NCBI GenBank assembly: GCA_964016885.1
Contig: OZ024753.1
Coordinates: forward strand, 33,976,001 to 34,040,000
Length of the DNA stretch: 64,000 bases
Direction: 5' to 3'
From: Eledone cirrhosa
Taxonomy: Eukaryota
The notes below the pieces were generated by a model, which was not told where the DNA came from, did not search any database, and worked only from the letters and a program-made list of their open reading frames with translations. A program made the position numbers and the translations under genes. Each line of letters opens with the position of its first letter. The first letter of the stretch is position 1. Positions 1 to 12,510 of this stretch are shown piece after piece.

Positions 1-1009
1 TATAAACAAGCATAAAATTATTAAATACTTCCTTAGGGTTGCTTTACCACGGCTATAATAGTGTAATTTCAATGTTAATTCGCTTCAATTGGCTCTCCAG
101 ATTAATCCACACAGTGTTTCAGATAATCGATGCTGTAAGAGTTCTAGCAATCAAAAATAAACATTATGTCAAGCGAGTCAAATATTATCTCATACATGGA
201 ATGGATGTACTCTACTGAAAGATTTATACACTTTGTAATGGCGTTTCTCTGATGTAAAATAGCAGCAGAAATGCCGAGCAAATATATGTTTCACCTCATG
301 AAATATTCATTTTATTATATTCATTTCGTTGTCGATAACTTCCCGACGATGTTGAAATACAAAACTCTGTGTTTTGGTTCATATACGTGTGTGTTTGAGA
401 GCATGCAGCATACATATGTGTAGATAACATCATGTTAAAGATAATAAATATTCATTTAATTACATATAATAATCATGGCGGCGACAATAAAATCCGAAAT
501 AGCATGACTGACTAAGATAGATTATTGAGCCAAATATGTGTTACTTTCAAGACATGTATTGCTATTGGGAAACGTTATTAGTTTGATTGAATAGAACAGA
601 CAGAAATACATTTTGCTATTAAACATCAATGACATGATCCTTTACATGAGAAGTAATTCTCTATTTGCTGTGTAAACTAACGTGATGCTAGGTGAGCCAC
701 ATCCTGTCCTTTATATCTCATTTCTACACAATTCTATTTTCCTAAGCTTTGACATTTATGATTTTGAATATCTAATTATTGAAGGAGGTGTATTGTGCAT
801 ATGTGTACAAAGAACGGTTAAACATTCACAGAATGAGGACTCAATACATGGAAAAGGTAGCAGTGTCTTCAAATTGTTGGCGATGGTTCCTCCTAGTGAT
901 TCATTCTTTCTTACGTATCTACATAAGGTTAATGTTATGCTGTGTTGAGAACATCAGAATGAGATCTAAATATGTCTGGATTGTATCTAGAACTATACAG
1001 AAAATAGAA

Positions 1010-1195
1010 TATAATGGTTTCTGATTTAGGCACAGGGGGGGGGATATTCGATTAATCGACCCCATTATGTTACTGTTGCTTTATCAACCCCGTAAGGATG
1101 GAAGACAAAGCTAACCTAGAACGTGAAGGGTCGTAACTCTATGCCGCAAAGCATGGTGTCCGACGTTCTACTGATACTGCCAGTTCATCACCCTA
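1010..1195 (-). mobile_element. Degenerate tRNA-derived SINE (dominant family of the window)
   Basis: Reverse complement matches the family seen at 43178-43370 (…ctttgtcttccatccttacggggttgataaa…). Confidence 0.7.
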
Positions 1196-1287
1196 GAAAA
1201 TAGAAAATACAACTAGACATTCAAATATTGTGTTTTATTTCTGTTTTGTATTTTCTCAATACCTATATTGATGTAAGTCACCTGTAG

Positions 1288-1550
1288 CTCCGGGGAGAAG
1301 AGGGGGGGGGGGGGGAGAAAGACAGCTGCTCAGAAATTAAAGAAAGGAACTGAAACAGACTCCGCCTCTTGCTGGCTCTGAAACAGACCAGAAGAGTTAA
1401 ACTCAGAGCCATACAAGATTGACAATAACTAGCTACCACTGTGGTCACAGCCACTGAAGGACGTGGAAGCTTAGTATCGAAACCTCTGAGGCAAGCTGGA
1501 CATCACTCGATGACTTCTTCTCAAGGCTTAAGACTACCACCTTGTGTCAC
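1288..1550 (+). mobile_element. Short GC-richer insertion flanked by a 9-bp direct repeat (possible TSD), with a degenerate HHR-like core
   Basis: cacctgtag at 1279-1287 and 1551-1559. CTGAAGG…GAAACCTCtGAGG at 1454-1491. Confidence 0.4.
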
Positions 1551-2075
1551 CACCTGTAGATGTATCTCATAGTATTTCCCATTGATATATCAATCTTGTA
1601 TGCATTAAACCTATTGACAATAATTTACATAAGATGTGTAGCATTGTATATTAAAACCATGATAAACATATTAAAATCATAATAAAATCATTTAATGTAA
1701 TTTATAGTAAAATTGGATATTGACATGATTAATATAATTAAGTCTTTAAAAGCAAAATTCCATAAACGCATTCCTAGTTTGGATAACATGCTTTGAAGAG
1801 AAACACTCGGAAATAATAAATCTTTTATATTTTAAAGTACATGAAATATTTTGGAAAATATGGAACGAAAATGTTTTGTGACATTTAAAATTAAAATGTC
1901 AAATGCTAACTAAGATATTTGAATATTCCTTAATTCTATATATTTCAGTGATATCATTATTTTAATTATTAACGACACTTCAGTCATTATTGCATTAATT
2001 CTAAACAAATTTAATGTTACAATGATATTTTTCTATAATCGAATAAAGTCCACACATGCACACGCACTCACCTAA

Positions 2076-2154
<79 letters not shown>

Positions 2155-2169
2155 TTATATATGTATATA

Positions 2170-2202
<33 letters not shown>

Positions 2203-2205
<3 letters not shown>

Positions 2206-2395
2206 GGAACGAGTAGGACCCCGACGGCTGAGCTCAAGCCGTTTCGACGGCTAATTCTGGACCAGAATTAGCCGTCGAAACGGCTTGAGCTCAGCCGTCG
2301 GGGTCCTACTCGTTCCTATTACCCACTCTACTACCCTAAGTATTGAGTACTTTGGTGCGTTATGGTCCACCTGGTTCCTTACCACATTTCCTTCG

Positions 2396-2398
<3 letters not shown>
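2203..2398 (+). mobile_element. Fold-back (palindromic) mini-element in (TA)n, copy A
   Basis: Perfect 58-bp arms 2203-2260 / 2262-2319 plus an ~80-bp unique tail. Same family at 19525, 25543, 28395, 56349, 58491. Confidence 0.9.
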
Positions 2399-2432
<34 letters not shown>

Positions 2433-2831
2433 TACATATATACACATACACATATATATACACATATATACACATACACACATATATACATATACACATA
2501 TATATATACACACATATATACATATATGTGTACATATATACACATATCTACATATATACACACACATATCTACACATATACACATACACACAGATATACA
2601 CATAAACACATATACATATATATATATAAAGAATAACATTAAGAAAGATACTGGGATTGGATAAAGATACTTGATTACATTCATTATAATTATTTCTATG
2701 GGGCTAACCTTATGCAATCCAAGATGTAGTATGTACATGTGTTGCTGGGATAGGAAAGATTTCTTCAGATGAACATTCGTTTATGTGATGCTGCAGGCAA
2801 ACACATGTTATTTTTCTTGCGTGATAGACAA

Positions 2832-2928
<97 letters not shown>

Positions 2929-3879
2929 CAATACATTTGCTATGTTGCATTAAAAATCTGTTGGAAGAAATGAAGATGATTCGATAATTTATGCCTCCCG
3001 TTTGCTAATCATATATTTTTTGTCTTTAACTTTCGCTTTTTTATTTTTAATCTTATAATTTCTTTATAGCAAGGGAAATATGTTTACACGTAATGAAGAA
3101 ATTACCAAGGCAGTGTTAATTTGACACTCATGTTCTAAATGATAATTATATTTATAAAATAAGCATAAGATCCTATTTGAAGTTTGGCATATAATCAATC
3201 ATATATTGTGCCCTAAGTAATTATTACCAAGTAAAGCAAGGAGAATTCTATGAAAGAATAAACAGTACAGATTAAATTTTCTAGAAAATGAAGAACCTCA
3301 ATAAAATATTTTTATTCACATTTCTTGTATATATTTATTAGTCGATGTATTGACTTGTTATATCTTATTATCGTTGCGTTCCTTTGATCTCTTAATTAGG
3401 AACTTGTTTCACTGTCGTTATCGTTGTGACTAGAATACTTTCTGAAATTTTCTATGAAATTATGCTGACACTATTTTTCAACAACAACAATAGCTCCACC
3501 AACATACGACCACCACCACTACCTCTACCACTACCACCACCACCACTAGTTTCCTAGACTATTTGTCGCATGATTTATTTGATGTACTAATAAGAAACAT
3601 TTTGTGTCGACACAAAATAATAACAGTTATAACGATGATAATGGTGATGACAATGAAGATGACGATGATGATGATGATGATTATGATGATGACGACAACA
3701 ACGATGTTGACGATGATGATGATGAAGATGACGTACACTATCACATTTTCACTATACACCCAGCTGATAGTCGGCTCCGCCCTGCACGTAATAGACACAA
3801 ACCCTCAACTCTGAGAAGCACAGGCACTGGACAATAGCATGTAGGAAAATTTTGTCGCTTTGTATAGCTTATCTTGATT

Positions 3880-4640
3880 TTGTAGTGTCCTTCCGTCGCA
3901 TTGCCATACCAAGGATGTTTGAAAATTATCCGTTAACCCCCGACCTGAAAGTCCTCAGGAAAAGCCTGTTCAGACTGACCTCATCAATGCCCAGAGACGC
4001 TCCCAGCCCATCGTCGCTCGCACCTTCCACTCACCCTCTATAAAATACAAGTGTTGTTTGCTGGCCACCTCTTACGTTGTTCAGTTGGTAAATTGCCATG
4101 GGCGCTGGAAGCATTCTAGATGTCAGTTGCCCAACCTTGGTCTGCGCTTGACCGATGACTGAAACTCGGTCAAAGAGACGAGCTGCAAAAAGAAATATCG
4201 CACTGGATGGGCTTCGCTTTCGTTGACATTGCCGTTGTGGTACATGAAGTAGTTGCAAGGGATCATTAGCCATAACGTATAACTCTGCATCCATAGCGAT
4301 GATATCCCCCGGATGCCATCGAGTGGATGTTGGTAGCAGCAGGAGTTTCTGACAGCTGGGCCTTGTCCCTTCCACAAAAATTGGAACTGTATGCATTTCA
4401 ATTTGGTCAGGTGTTGTTTTTTTTTTTTGTTGTTGTTGTTGTTGTTGTTGTTTTTTTTTGGGGGGGGGGGGGGCACAACGCTCAAGCGAAGTACGTGTTT
4501 GTCACCTTCACTCGACCTTTGAGGAAAATCTTATCCATTTTGTTATATATTTTCCTCGATAATGCTTTCACCATCGTTAATGCAATACACAAGTGATTGG
4601 CACGTCGGAATCCTATAAAGAACGGAGCTATTGTTCTCAG
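3880..4640 (-). mobile_element. Degenerate Tx1/L1-like LINE ORF2 post-RT fragment
   Basis: Minus-strand peptides 'IFLKGRVKVTNTYFA' and 'FQFLWKGQGPAVRNSCCYQHPLDGIRG' resemble the L1/Tx1 LSxxGR…FxW…PxxxGG region. Interrupted by simple repeats. Confidence 0.55.
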
Positions 4641-4930
4641 TAGCGTTGGCCACATGATATAAAACAAGCATAAATAAATAATTGTTTCATAAAAGTTTTA
4701 TTACGTTAAACCAGTGAAAAAATAAAACATCGTTTAATATTTGTATATGTTTCTCTTTTTTTTTTTTAAAATATCTTTTTTCTATGTTACATTGTCTGGA
4801 ACTATTTTTTATATCTCTTTCTACTCTCTCTCTCTCTCTCTCTCTTGCTATCTTCCCATTCTATCTCTTCCGCTCTCTCACTCTCTCGTACCTCCTCTCG
4901 CTCTCTCGCAATATCTCCTACTTCTCTCTC

Positions 4931-5055
<125 letters not shown>

Positions 5056-5130
5056 CTCTCTCTCCCTATTTCTCCCTCTCTTTCTCTATCTATCTATCTC
5101 CCCTTCTCTCCCCCTCTCTCTCTCCCTCTC

Positions 5131-5178
<48 letters not shown>

Positions 5179-5514
5179 CAATATTTTTTTATAAAACGTC
5201 ATCGTGTTTGAGTTTGTTTTCTTATTGACTTATGACAGTCTTCAGTTATTTTGTTGACCGTCAGATAACTATATAAGCGAAATTCTGTAAGAAGTAACTT
5301 TGTTTACAGAATCTTTCCTATAAAATATTTGTTTAAGAAAAAACTGTTTCTTTACTTAAGTTACAATGACAATGTTTGTCATGTATTTGTGTAAAGGAAG
5401 GAATTGACCACAAAACATTACTGGTACAATAGTTTTTAAAGTGTGTAATATGAAATATTAACTGGTGCTTTATTCCCACAGCTGTACTTCCTTTTGGTGT
5501 TTTTGTTAAACCTC

Positions 5515-5705
5515 TTAGGAATATGGTTAGAACGTCTCATGAAAGAATCGCTGGACAGATTTTAAGTGCAAAAATAACTGGCAGGAGCCCCTGGTGTAGA
5601 CCATGAGCAAGTTGCTTGGGTAACATCCATGAGCTCGGCTGGTCTCGCTTCAGGTTCCAACCAGATCAATTGGAGACGGCGGCTTCTGACAAGAAGACCT
5701 GAATT
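5515..5705 (+). mobile_element. Degenerate RTE-type LINE C-terminal fragment
   Basis: Translates to …SHERIAGQILSAKITGRSPWCRP*…IHELGWSRF…LETAASDKKT, similar to the RTE G.RP.GRP…W…DR..W tail. Confidence 0.55.
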
Positions 5706-5865
5706 CCCGTGCTCTGAATTCAAATTCCGCCGAGTTCAGCTTTTCATCCAAGTTACAACACCAACACATAATACATAACAGTGGGTTGGTGGAATTGTTG
5801 CTCTGGTACATTCTCTTTTGAGTTCAAATTCTGCTCGGGCTCTGAAATTTAACCGACGGTTAGAG

Positions 5866-5919
5866 CTAATCTTGTGTAATAAGTAGAGAAGGATTGTGAT
5901 CGTCTGCTACGTCAGTTGA

Positions 5920-5960
<41 letters not shown>

Positions 5961-6280
5961 CACATCGACGACGACAACGATAACAAGGACGATGATGACG
6001 GTGGTTGTGATGGTCTTTATATACTGTCAAGGAATATTCGAAATGTAAGTTAACTTTTATCGTAACATGCCGGGGACTCAAATTCAACCGATGGTCAGGG
6101 CTAATGTTGTGCAATACGTAGAGAAGGATTGTGATCGTCTGCTACATCAGTCGAATAATGATGATGATGATATAAACGACGACAACAAAAACGATGATGA
6201 CGGTGGTGGTGGTGGTGAGGGTCTTTGTATACTGTCAAGAGAATGTACGAAATGTAAGTTAACTTTTATGGTAACATGAG
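5866..6280. repeat. Diverged tandem duplication (~235-bp period) containing GAT repeats
   Basis: agagaaggattgtgatcgtctgctac and tactgtcaag…cgaaatgtaagttaacttttat both occur twice. Confidence 0.8.
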
Positions 6281-6478
6281 GCCGTACATTCTGTATTGTA
6301 CTCTCGCTATGATTTGTTTCACGCAGCTATCAGTTATGTAGAGATATCAGTCATTGGGGTGTCATAGTATTTTAGGGAGTATAATTTCCTCTGTAATGAA
6401 ATACGAAATCGAATGGAATACGATAACAGCTTTTAATGAATGTTGTCATTCAACAATGTCTTCAATGGATATTACTTG

Positions 6479-7119
6479 CTTATATATTAATTGAAAATCT
6501 TATATCCTATATTAAATGGTTTCTGGTAAAATCTTAACTATTGGTTTGAGAGAAGAGTATTTGTTGTGAAGAACATTCAGCTCTATAAGTTTTTTTATGT
6601 TTCGTTGTCATCTCTTTACTCATCACAAGGTCTTTAACGCTGTAATTCCTTTGGCTTCCTAATTCATCTCCAATGTCAGAAATAATAGTATTTTTAGGCA
6701 TTTCATATCATTTCACTCATATGTATATGTATATATATGTATATATATAGTCTCTCTGGCCTAGTGGTATGTATCAGAAACGGTGAAATCCTGGTCTGGG
6801 GCTCAATCTCTGTCAGGTTCTACACTATGGATATTATTAATTTTTATATATATATATATATAAATATACATATCTATATATGAGTGAAATGATATGAATG
6901 CCTAAAAATACTATTATTTCTGGCATTGGAGATGAATTAGGAAGCCAAAGGAATTACAGCGTTAAATACCTTGTGATGAGTAAAGAGATGACAACGAAAC
7001 ATAAAAAACTTATAAAGTTGAATGTTTTTCACAACAAATACTCTTCTCTCAAACCAATAGTTAAGATTTTACCAGAAACCATTTAATATAGGATATAAGA
7101 TTTTCAATTAATATATAAG
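6479..7119. repeat. Long inverted repeat (~243-bp arms, ~155-bp spacer)
   Basis: 6479-6722 is the near-exact reverse complement of 6878-7119. Confidence 0.9.
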
Positions 7120-7134
7120 GAAATATATATAAGG

Positions 7135-8258
7135 AAATATTTAATACAATAACAGAGATAGTTTAAAGCTAAACTCTGACTGGTAACCATCTCACTCAAC
7201 AAACATTAGGCTATATTTAAATATAAACCCAATTTAAGTGTTTGGGGTGCTAACAATATGTATAATGTGGAAAAACCAGTTGTATTATTTTATGAGATAT
7301 AATTAAAGTTAAAGTATATCTCTCTTTCCAAACAATTGTTTCATTATAAGTTTTCTACAAGTTGGGAGAATATTTCCACTTTATGTAGAAGCCTAATATA
7401 TATTCATGTAAGAATATATTTAGGTGGGCGTTTATAAATCATCAGTGGAAGCCCATTAAACTTTGATATAAGAAAAAAATTCTTACCGCAGTCAAAAATC
7501 GTGTCTGTTAAGTTGCTCCTTCTCTCATCGAATGACCTCCAAATTTGAAATTCCAGCAGTTTTTGACTGAGGAAGTATCATAGCGACACGAAGCGGGAAG
7601 GGGAGACAACTACGATCCACGAAAGGAGGGAAAAAAATAATAATATACACGCGGGTTAATTAGTTTTTTCGAAAACATTATCAATCCAACGTGTTAAGAA
7701 CTCAATTGAAAATAAAAAAAATAAATATATGCGTGTATAAATTACACACGCATATAGATATTTTCTTAGGCTAAAATCAGAAGATGTACCCGAATAAGAA
7801 CCGCATCTCATAACCGCAGTAAATACAGAAAGTTATGCTTTAAAGGGCAAATGGGAATGTAAATCTCCGGCCGAATTAAGAGTAAAATATAAAACACACG
7901 CGGGTTAATTAGTTATTTCAAAACTAATATCAATTCCTCGTGTAAAGAACTCAATTAATTAAAGAAAATAAATGTATGCATGTAATTATATACATAGGCA
8001 TATATATTTTTTCTTAGGCTAAAAAACAGAGAAGTTACAACCAAAAAAACCCACAACATTTCACAACAGTAATAAATACGGAAAGTCAAATTCATAAGGT
8101 ACCTGGAAATAAACACCTCTGGCCAATCAAGAGTAAATATTTAATACAATAACAGAAATAGTTTAAAGCTAAACTCTGACTGGTAACCATCTCACTCAAC
8201 AAAGATTAGGTTATATTTAAATATAAACCCAATTTAAGTGTTTGGGGTGCTAACAATA
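7135..8258 (-). mobile_element. Non-coding HHR-bearing element with partial-tandem terminal direct repeat (Penelope-pLTR / retrozyme-like)
   Basis: 7135-7257 is repeated at 8137-8258. Internal ~248-bp tandem pair 7647-8136. HHR at 7326-7450. The terminal part recurs inverted at 52138-52445. Confidence 0.65.
7326..7450 (-). ncRNA. Type I hammerhead ribozyme motif with enlarged stem II
   Basis: UUCCA-CUGAUGA-u-UUAUAA…~80 nt…UUAUAA-u-GAAAC-AAUU-GUU|UGGAA. Stem I is 5 bp and loop III is palindromic. Confidence 0.7.
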
Positions 8259-8281
8259 AGGAAATATAAGGAAATATAAGG

Positions 8282-8329
<48 letters not shown>

Positions 8330-8478
8330 TAATAATAATAAATCTGAAGACTAAAAACTAAATCAGGACTCGATAAGGATAAATATATATCAAATATATA
8401 AGAACCGTAGAGCAAATATTTATTAAAATAGATTAAAGTTTAAGCAAAGCGATTCTTTGCTTAAACTTTAATCTGTTA

Positions 8479-8485
<7 letters not shown>
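8330..8485. repeat. (TA)n-embedded repeat family member with ~21-bp-arm hairpin
   Basis: Matches two tandem reverse copies at 24015-24277. Hairpin agattaaagtttaagcaaag/ctttgcttaaactttaatct. Confidence 0.7.
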
Positions 8486-9630
<1,145 letters not shown>

Positions 9631-9774
9631 TAATATCAGTATTTCATAATTTGTTTTATCTTCTAAAGAAACATATATCCTGGAGCTGTTACCTTTCTAA
9701 CAACTTAATGCAAATCACGGGGAAATGTTCCAGGTCTTATCATTAAGTTATAGCATATACAGGTTACAGGTAAC

Positions 9775-10170
9775 AATGGCTTCTGGTGTAGGTACAAGAC
9801 CAACAATTTTGAGGGAGGAAAGTCAGGTAAATCGACTCCAGAGCGTTACTGTTACAAAGCTAACCTCGGCTTGATTTCAACTCAGCACGTAAAGGGACGT
9901 AACTAGATGCCGTATATCATATTGTCCGACGCTCTACCGATACTGCTAATGCACCGCCCTAAGTAATGGTTCTGATTGAGGCACAAGGTCAACAATTCGG
10001 GAGTGGAACGTCGATTAAATCAACCCCAGTGCATTACTGATACTTTATCTAATCGACCTCGTAAGAATGACAGTCAAAGCTAACCTCGGCGTGATTTGAA
10101 ATGAGAACGTAGAAGGACGTAACTATAAGCCACAAAGTATGTTGTCCGACGCTCTACCGATACTGCCAAA
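9775..10170 (-). mobile_element. Two tandem tRNA-derived SINE copies
   Basis: Reverse complements of family A-box (ggcagtatcggtagagcgtcggac) and core motifs, each present twice. Confidence 0.75.
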
Positions 10171-10217
10171 TGATGATGATGATGATGATGATAATAATAA
10201 TAATAATAATAATAATA

Positions 10218-10827
10218 ATTGTATCCGAGTGTAAACACCTAGCCCAGACTCACTATAAAGGCTGGAGACATGATGTGATAGGCAGGTTGATCCACTGGCA
10301 TCTATGCAAAGTAAACAATTTACCACATTCTGAGAAGTACTATGAGCATAAGCCAGAGTCGGTGATAGAAAATGATCAGGTGAAGATGCTATGGGATTTT
10401 AGGATACAGACGGACAAGAAATTAGAACACAATAGGCCTGACCTGGTGGTTTGGGACAAGGAAAAAAGATCGTGCCTGATTGTAATGTAGTCTGCCCATT
10501 TGACACGAGAGTGCAAGAAAAGGAGAGGGAGAAAATTAACCGATACCAGGATTTAAAGTGGGAGTTAAAAATGATTTAGAAATTCCATGAAATCAAGGTC
10601 GTCCTGATTGTCATAGGCGCACTGGGTACTATCTCAAAGAGTTTCTAAGAATGGTTAAAGAAGATTAGTCCAGCCCCGCTTTTTGGAACACTTCAAAAGG
10701 CATGCTTGCTGGGAACAACAAGAACCCTCCGATACATCCTGAATGTCTAAGGCTGCAGGTAGTGGCTTGATATTCATTTCAACAAACCTTCCAATTAAAT
10801 AACATCAATGACTGAGACTCAAAGAAC
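10218..10827 (+). mobile_element. 5'-truncated R4/Dong-type non-LTR retrotransposon (restriction-like endonuclease C-terminus, pseudogenised)
   Basis: Peptide C…YKGWRHDVIGRLIHWHLC…LWDFRIQTD…HNRPDLVV, then after a frameshift CPFD…EKINRYQDL…IVIGALG…LQKACLLGT (RHD and PD-D RLE motifs). (TAA)n on both sides. Confidence 0.85.
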
Positions 10828-10848
10828 AATAATAATAATAATAATAAT

Positions 10849-11035
10849 TGTTTCTATTTTTGGCACAAGGCCAGCAATAATCCAGTACATTACTGGTACT
10901 TTATTTTATCGACCCCGTAAGGATGAAAGGCAAAGTTAACCTCGGCGGGATTTCAACTCAGATCATAAAGGGACGTAACTCTATGCTTCAAAGCATGGTG
11001 TCCGACTCTCTACTGATACTCCCAATCCACCGTTA
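10849..11035 (-). mobile_element. tRNA-derived SINE
   Basis: Near full-length reverse copy of the dominant family. Confidence 0.85.
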
Positions 11036-11638
11036 ATAATAATAATAATGTTTGTATAAAATCTGTGAAAGCGTAGAGTGTATCATATCAGACGTTTCTA
11101 GAACTATTTGATGGATGGCTAGATTGTCACTTAGCTCCTGAAGGAATCGCAGACACGCCGCATTAACCTTGGACGTTTCTAAAGCACTCTCATTCTCTCT
11201 TTATCTCTCTCCCTGACAACTTAACCCTTACATTATATCATATTATATTATATACTATATCTTATTATAATATAATATAAGATTCAATCAATTTTGATAA
11301 GTTCACACTTGTCAGACAGTTCGGTCTCTATTTCTTCAGATATGTTGTTAGTTTTAGCAAAGTCTTTATGAACCAGACTTAATGAGGTTTTTCAGTTGTC
11401 AAGATCTCTGTGACAGACACACTAGAAGCTTCTTCAATCTACTTCAATGATGACGGCATACGGTTTCCGTAGAATAATATTTAATAATCTCTTCAGCACC
11501 GCAACTCTTTTATAATTCAATTTAAAGGATTGAAAATGTTTGTTAAGAGTATTTAATATTTGACGATATGCAAACCTTGTGCGTGTGTCACTATATATAT
11601 ATATGGGGGGGGGGGGGATAAACAACATAAGATGATTA

Positions 11639-11698
11639 TTTCATTTACCAGTGGTTTCTTGAAAGCAAATAAATCTGCTTTCAGTCGTCAGAATGAAA
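11639..11698 (-). ncRNA. Type I hammerhead ribozyme motif
   Basis: Reverse complement of 11809-11868 with one mismatch at the base of stem II. Confidence 0.8.
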
Positions 11699-11808
11699 AA
11701 TTCCTGGTGCTTTTATTGAATGTGGATTTGAAAAACAAAAATATTAGAAATATGACAGCGAGGCTGAAGGAAGAATAAAATACACATTCAATAAAAACAC
11801 CAGGAACT

Positions 11809-11868
11809 TTTCATTCTGACGACTGAAAGCAGATTTATTTGCTTTCAGGAAACCACTGGTAAATGAAA
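11809..11868 (+). ncRNA. Type I hammerhead ribozyme motif (intact core)
   Basis: UUUCAUU-CUGACGA-CUGAAAGCA(gauuuauu)UGCUUUCAG-GAAACC(acu)GGUA|AAUGAAA: 7-bp stem I, 9-bp stem II, GUA triplet. Confidence 0.88.
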
Positions 11869-12323
11869 TAATCATCTTATGTTGTTTATTACATAAATAA
11901 GCTCTGTAACCTACATAGAGCACTCTTTTTTCCTGGACCTTTCCGACGGAATTACTTCATATATATATATATATATATAAGAATGAATGAATGAATGAAT
12001 GAATGAATGAGTGAGTGAGTGAATGAGTGAGTGAGTGAGTGAGTGAGTGAGAGATGATATATATATATATTGCGTTAATAACATGTGGAAAGAATTCTTG
12101 ATTTGAATGTCGAAATCATTGTTTTTCCTTTTGTGGTGTTCATGTCATCATTGATGTCATCATCATTATGACCATAGTCATTACCATTATACTCACCAAC
12201 ATTAGCATAATCATCACCATCATCATCATAATAGTCATCATTACCCTCATTAACATCATCATCTGCATTATCATCATGATTCAATGAATATTGAACTCAA
12301 GATACCCGTGTATCTTGAGGTCT

Positions 12324-12354
<31 letters not shown>

Positions 12355-12389
12355 ACAAAATAAGATGGTGAGGTTACATATATCGTTTA

Positions 12390-12464
<75 letters not shown>

Positions 12465-12466
<2 letters not shown>

Positions 12467-12510
12467 CAGGACTAGAACTGTTTCATTCAAAAGAATTCAT
12501 CAGGAAAGGG
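12465..12510 (-). ncRNA. Hammerhead motif ending at the cleavage site
   Basis: CUGAUGA-AUUC(uuuu)GAAU-GAAACAG(uucuaguc)CUGUC immediately followed by (AU)n. The 3' strand of stem I is absent. Confidence 0.75.

Larger units (their letters stand above)
11618..11889. repeat. Head-to-head inverted repeat (~112-bp arms), each arm containing a hammerhead
   Basis: 11618-11729 is approximately the reverse complement of 11778-11889. Confidence 0.9.

Noticed and set aside
682-1024. Short ORFs near the window start (similarly 24428-24930 and 50045-50603)
   Set aside because: No recognisable motifs; consistent with chance ORFs.
2203-2319. Recurrent palindrome as a CRISPR repeat or bacterial REP/terminator
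   Set aside because: Copies are dispersed over >50 kb with no regular spacers or cas genes, and the context is eukaryotic repeat DNA.
2700-2775. Minus-strand CTGAAGA…gatt-GCAT as a hammerhead (similarly CTGAGGA…GAAGC near 7567)
   Set aside because: GAAA core and stems I/III not satisfied.
12296-12319. 10-bp hairpin as a Helitron 3' end
   Set aside because: No properly spaced CTRR terminus and no matching 5' end.
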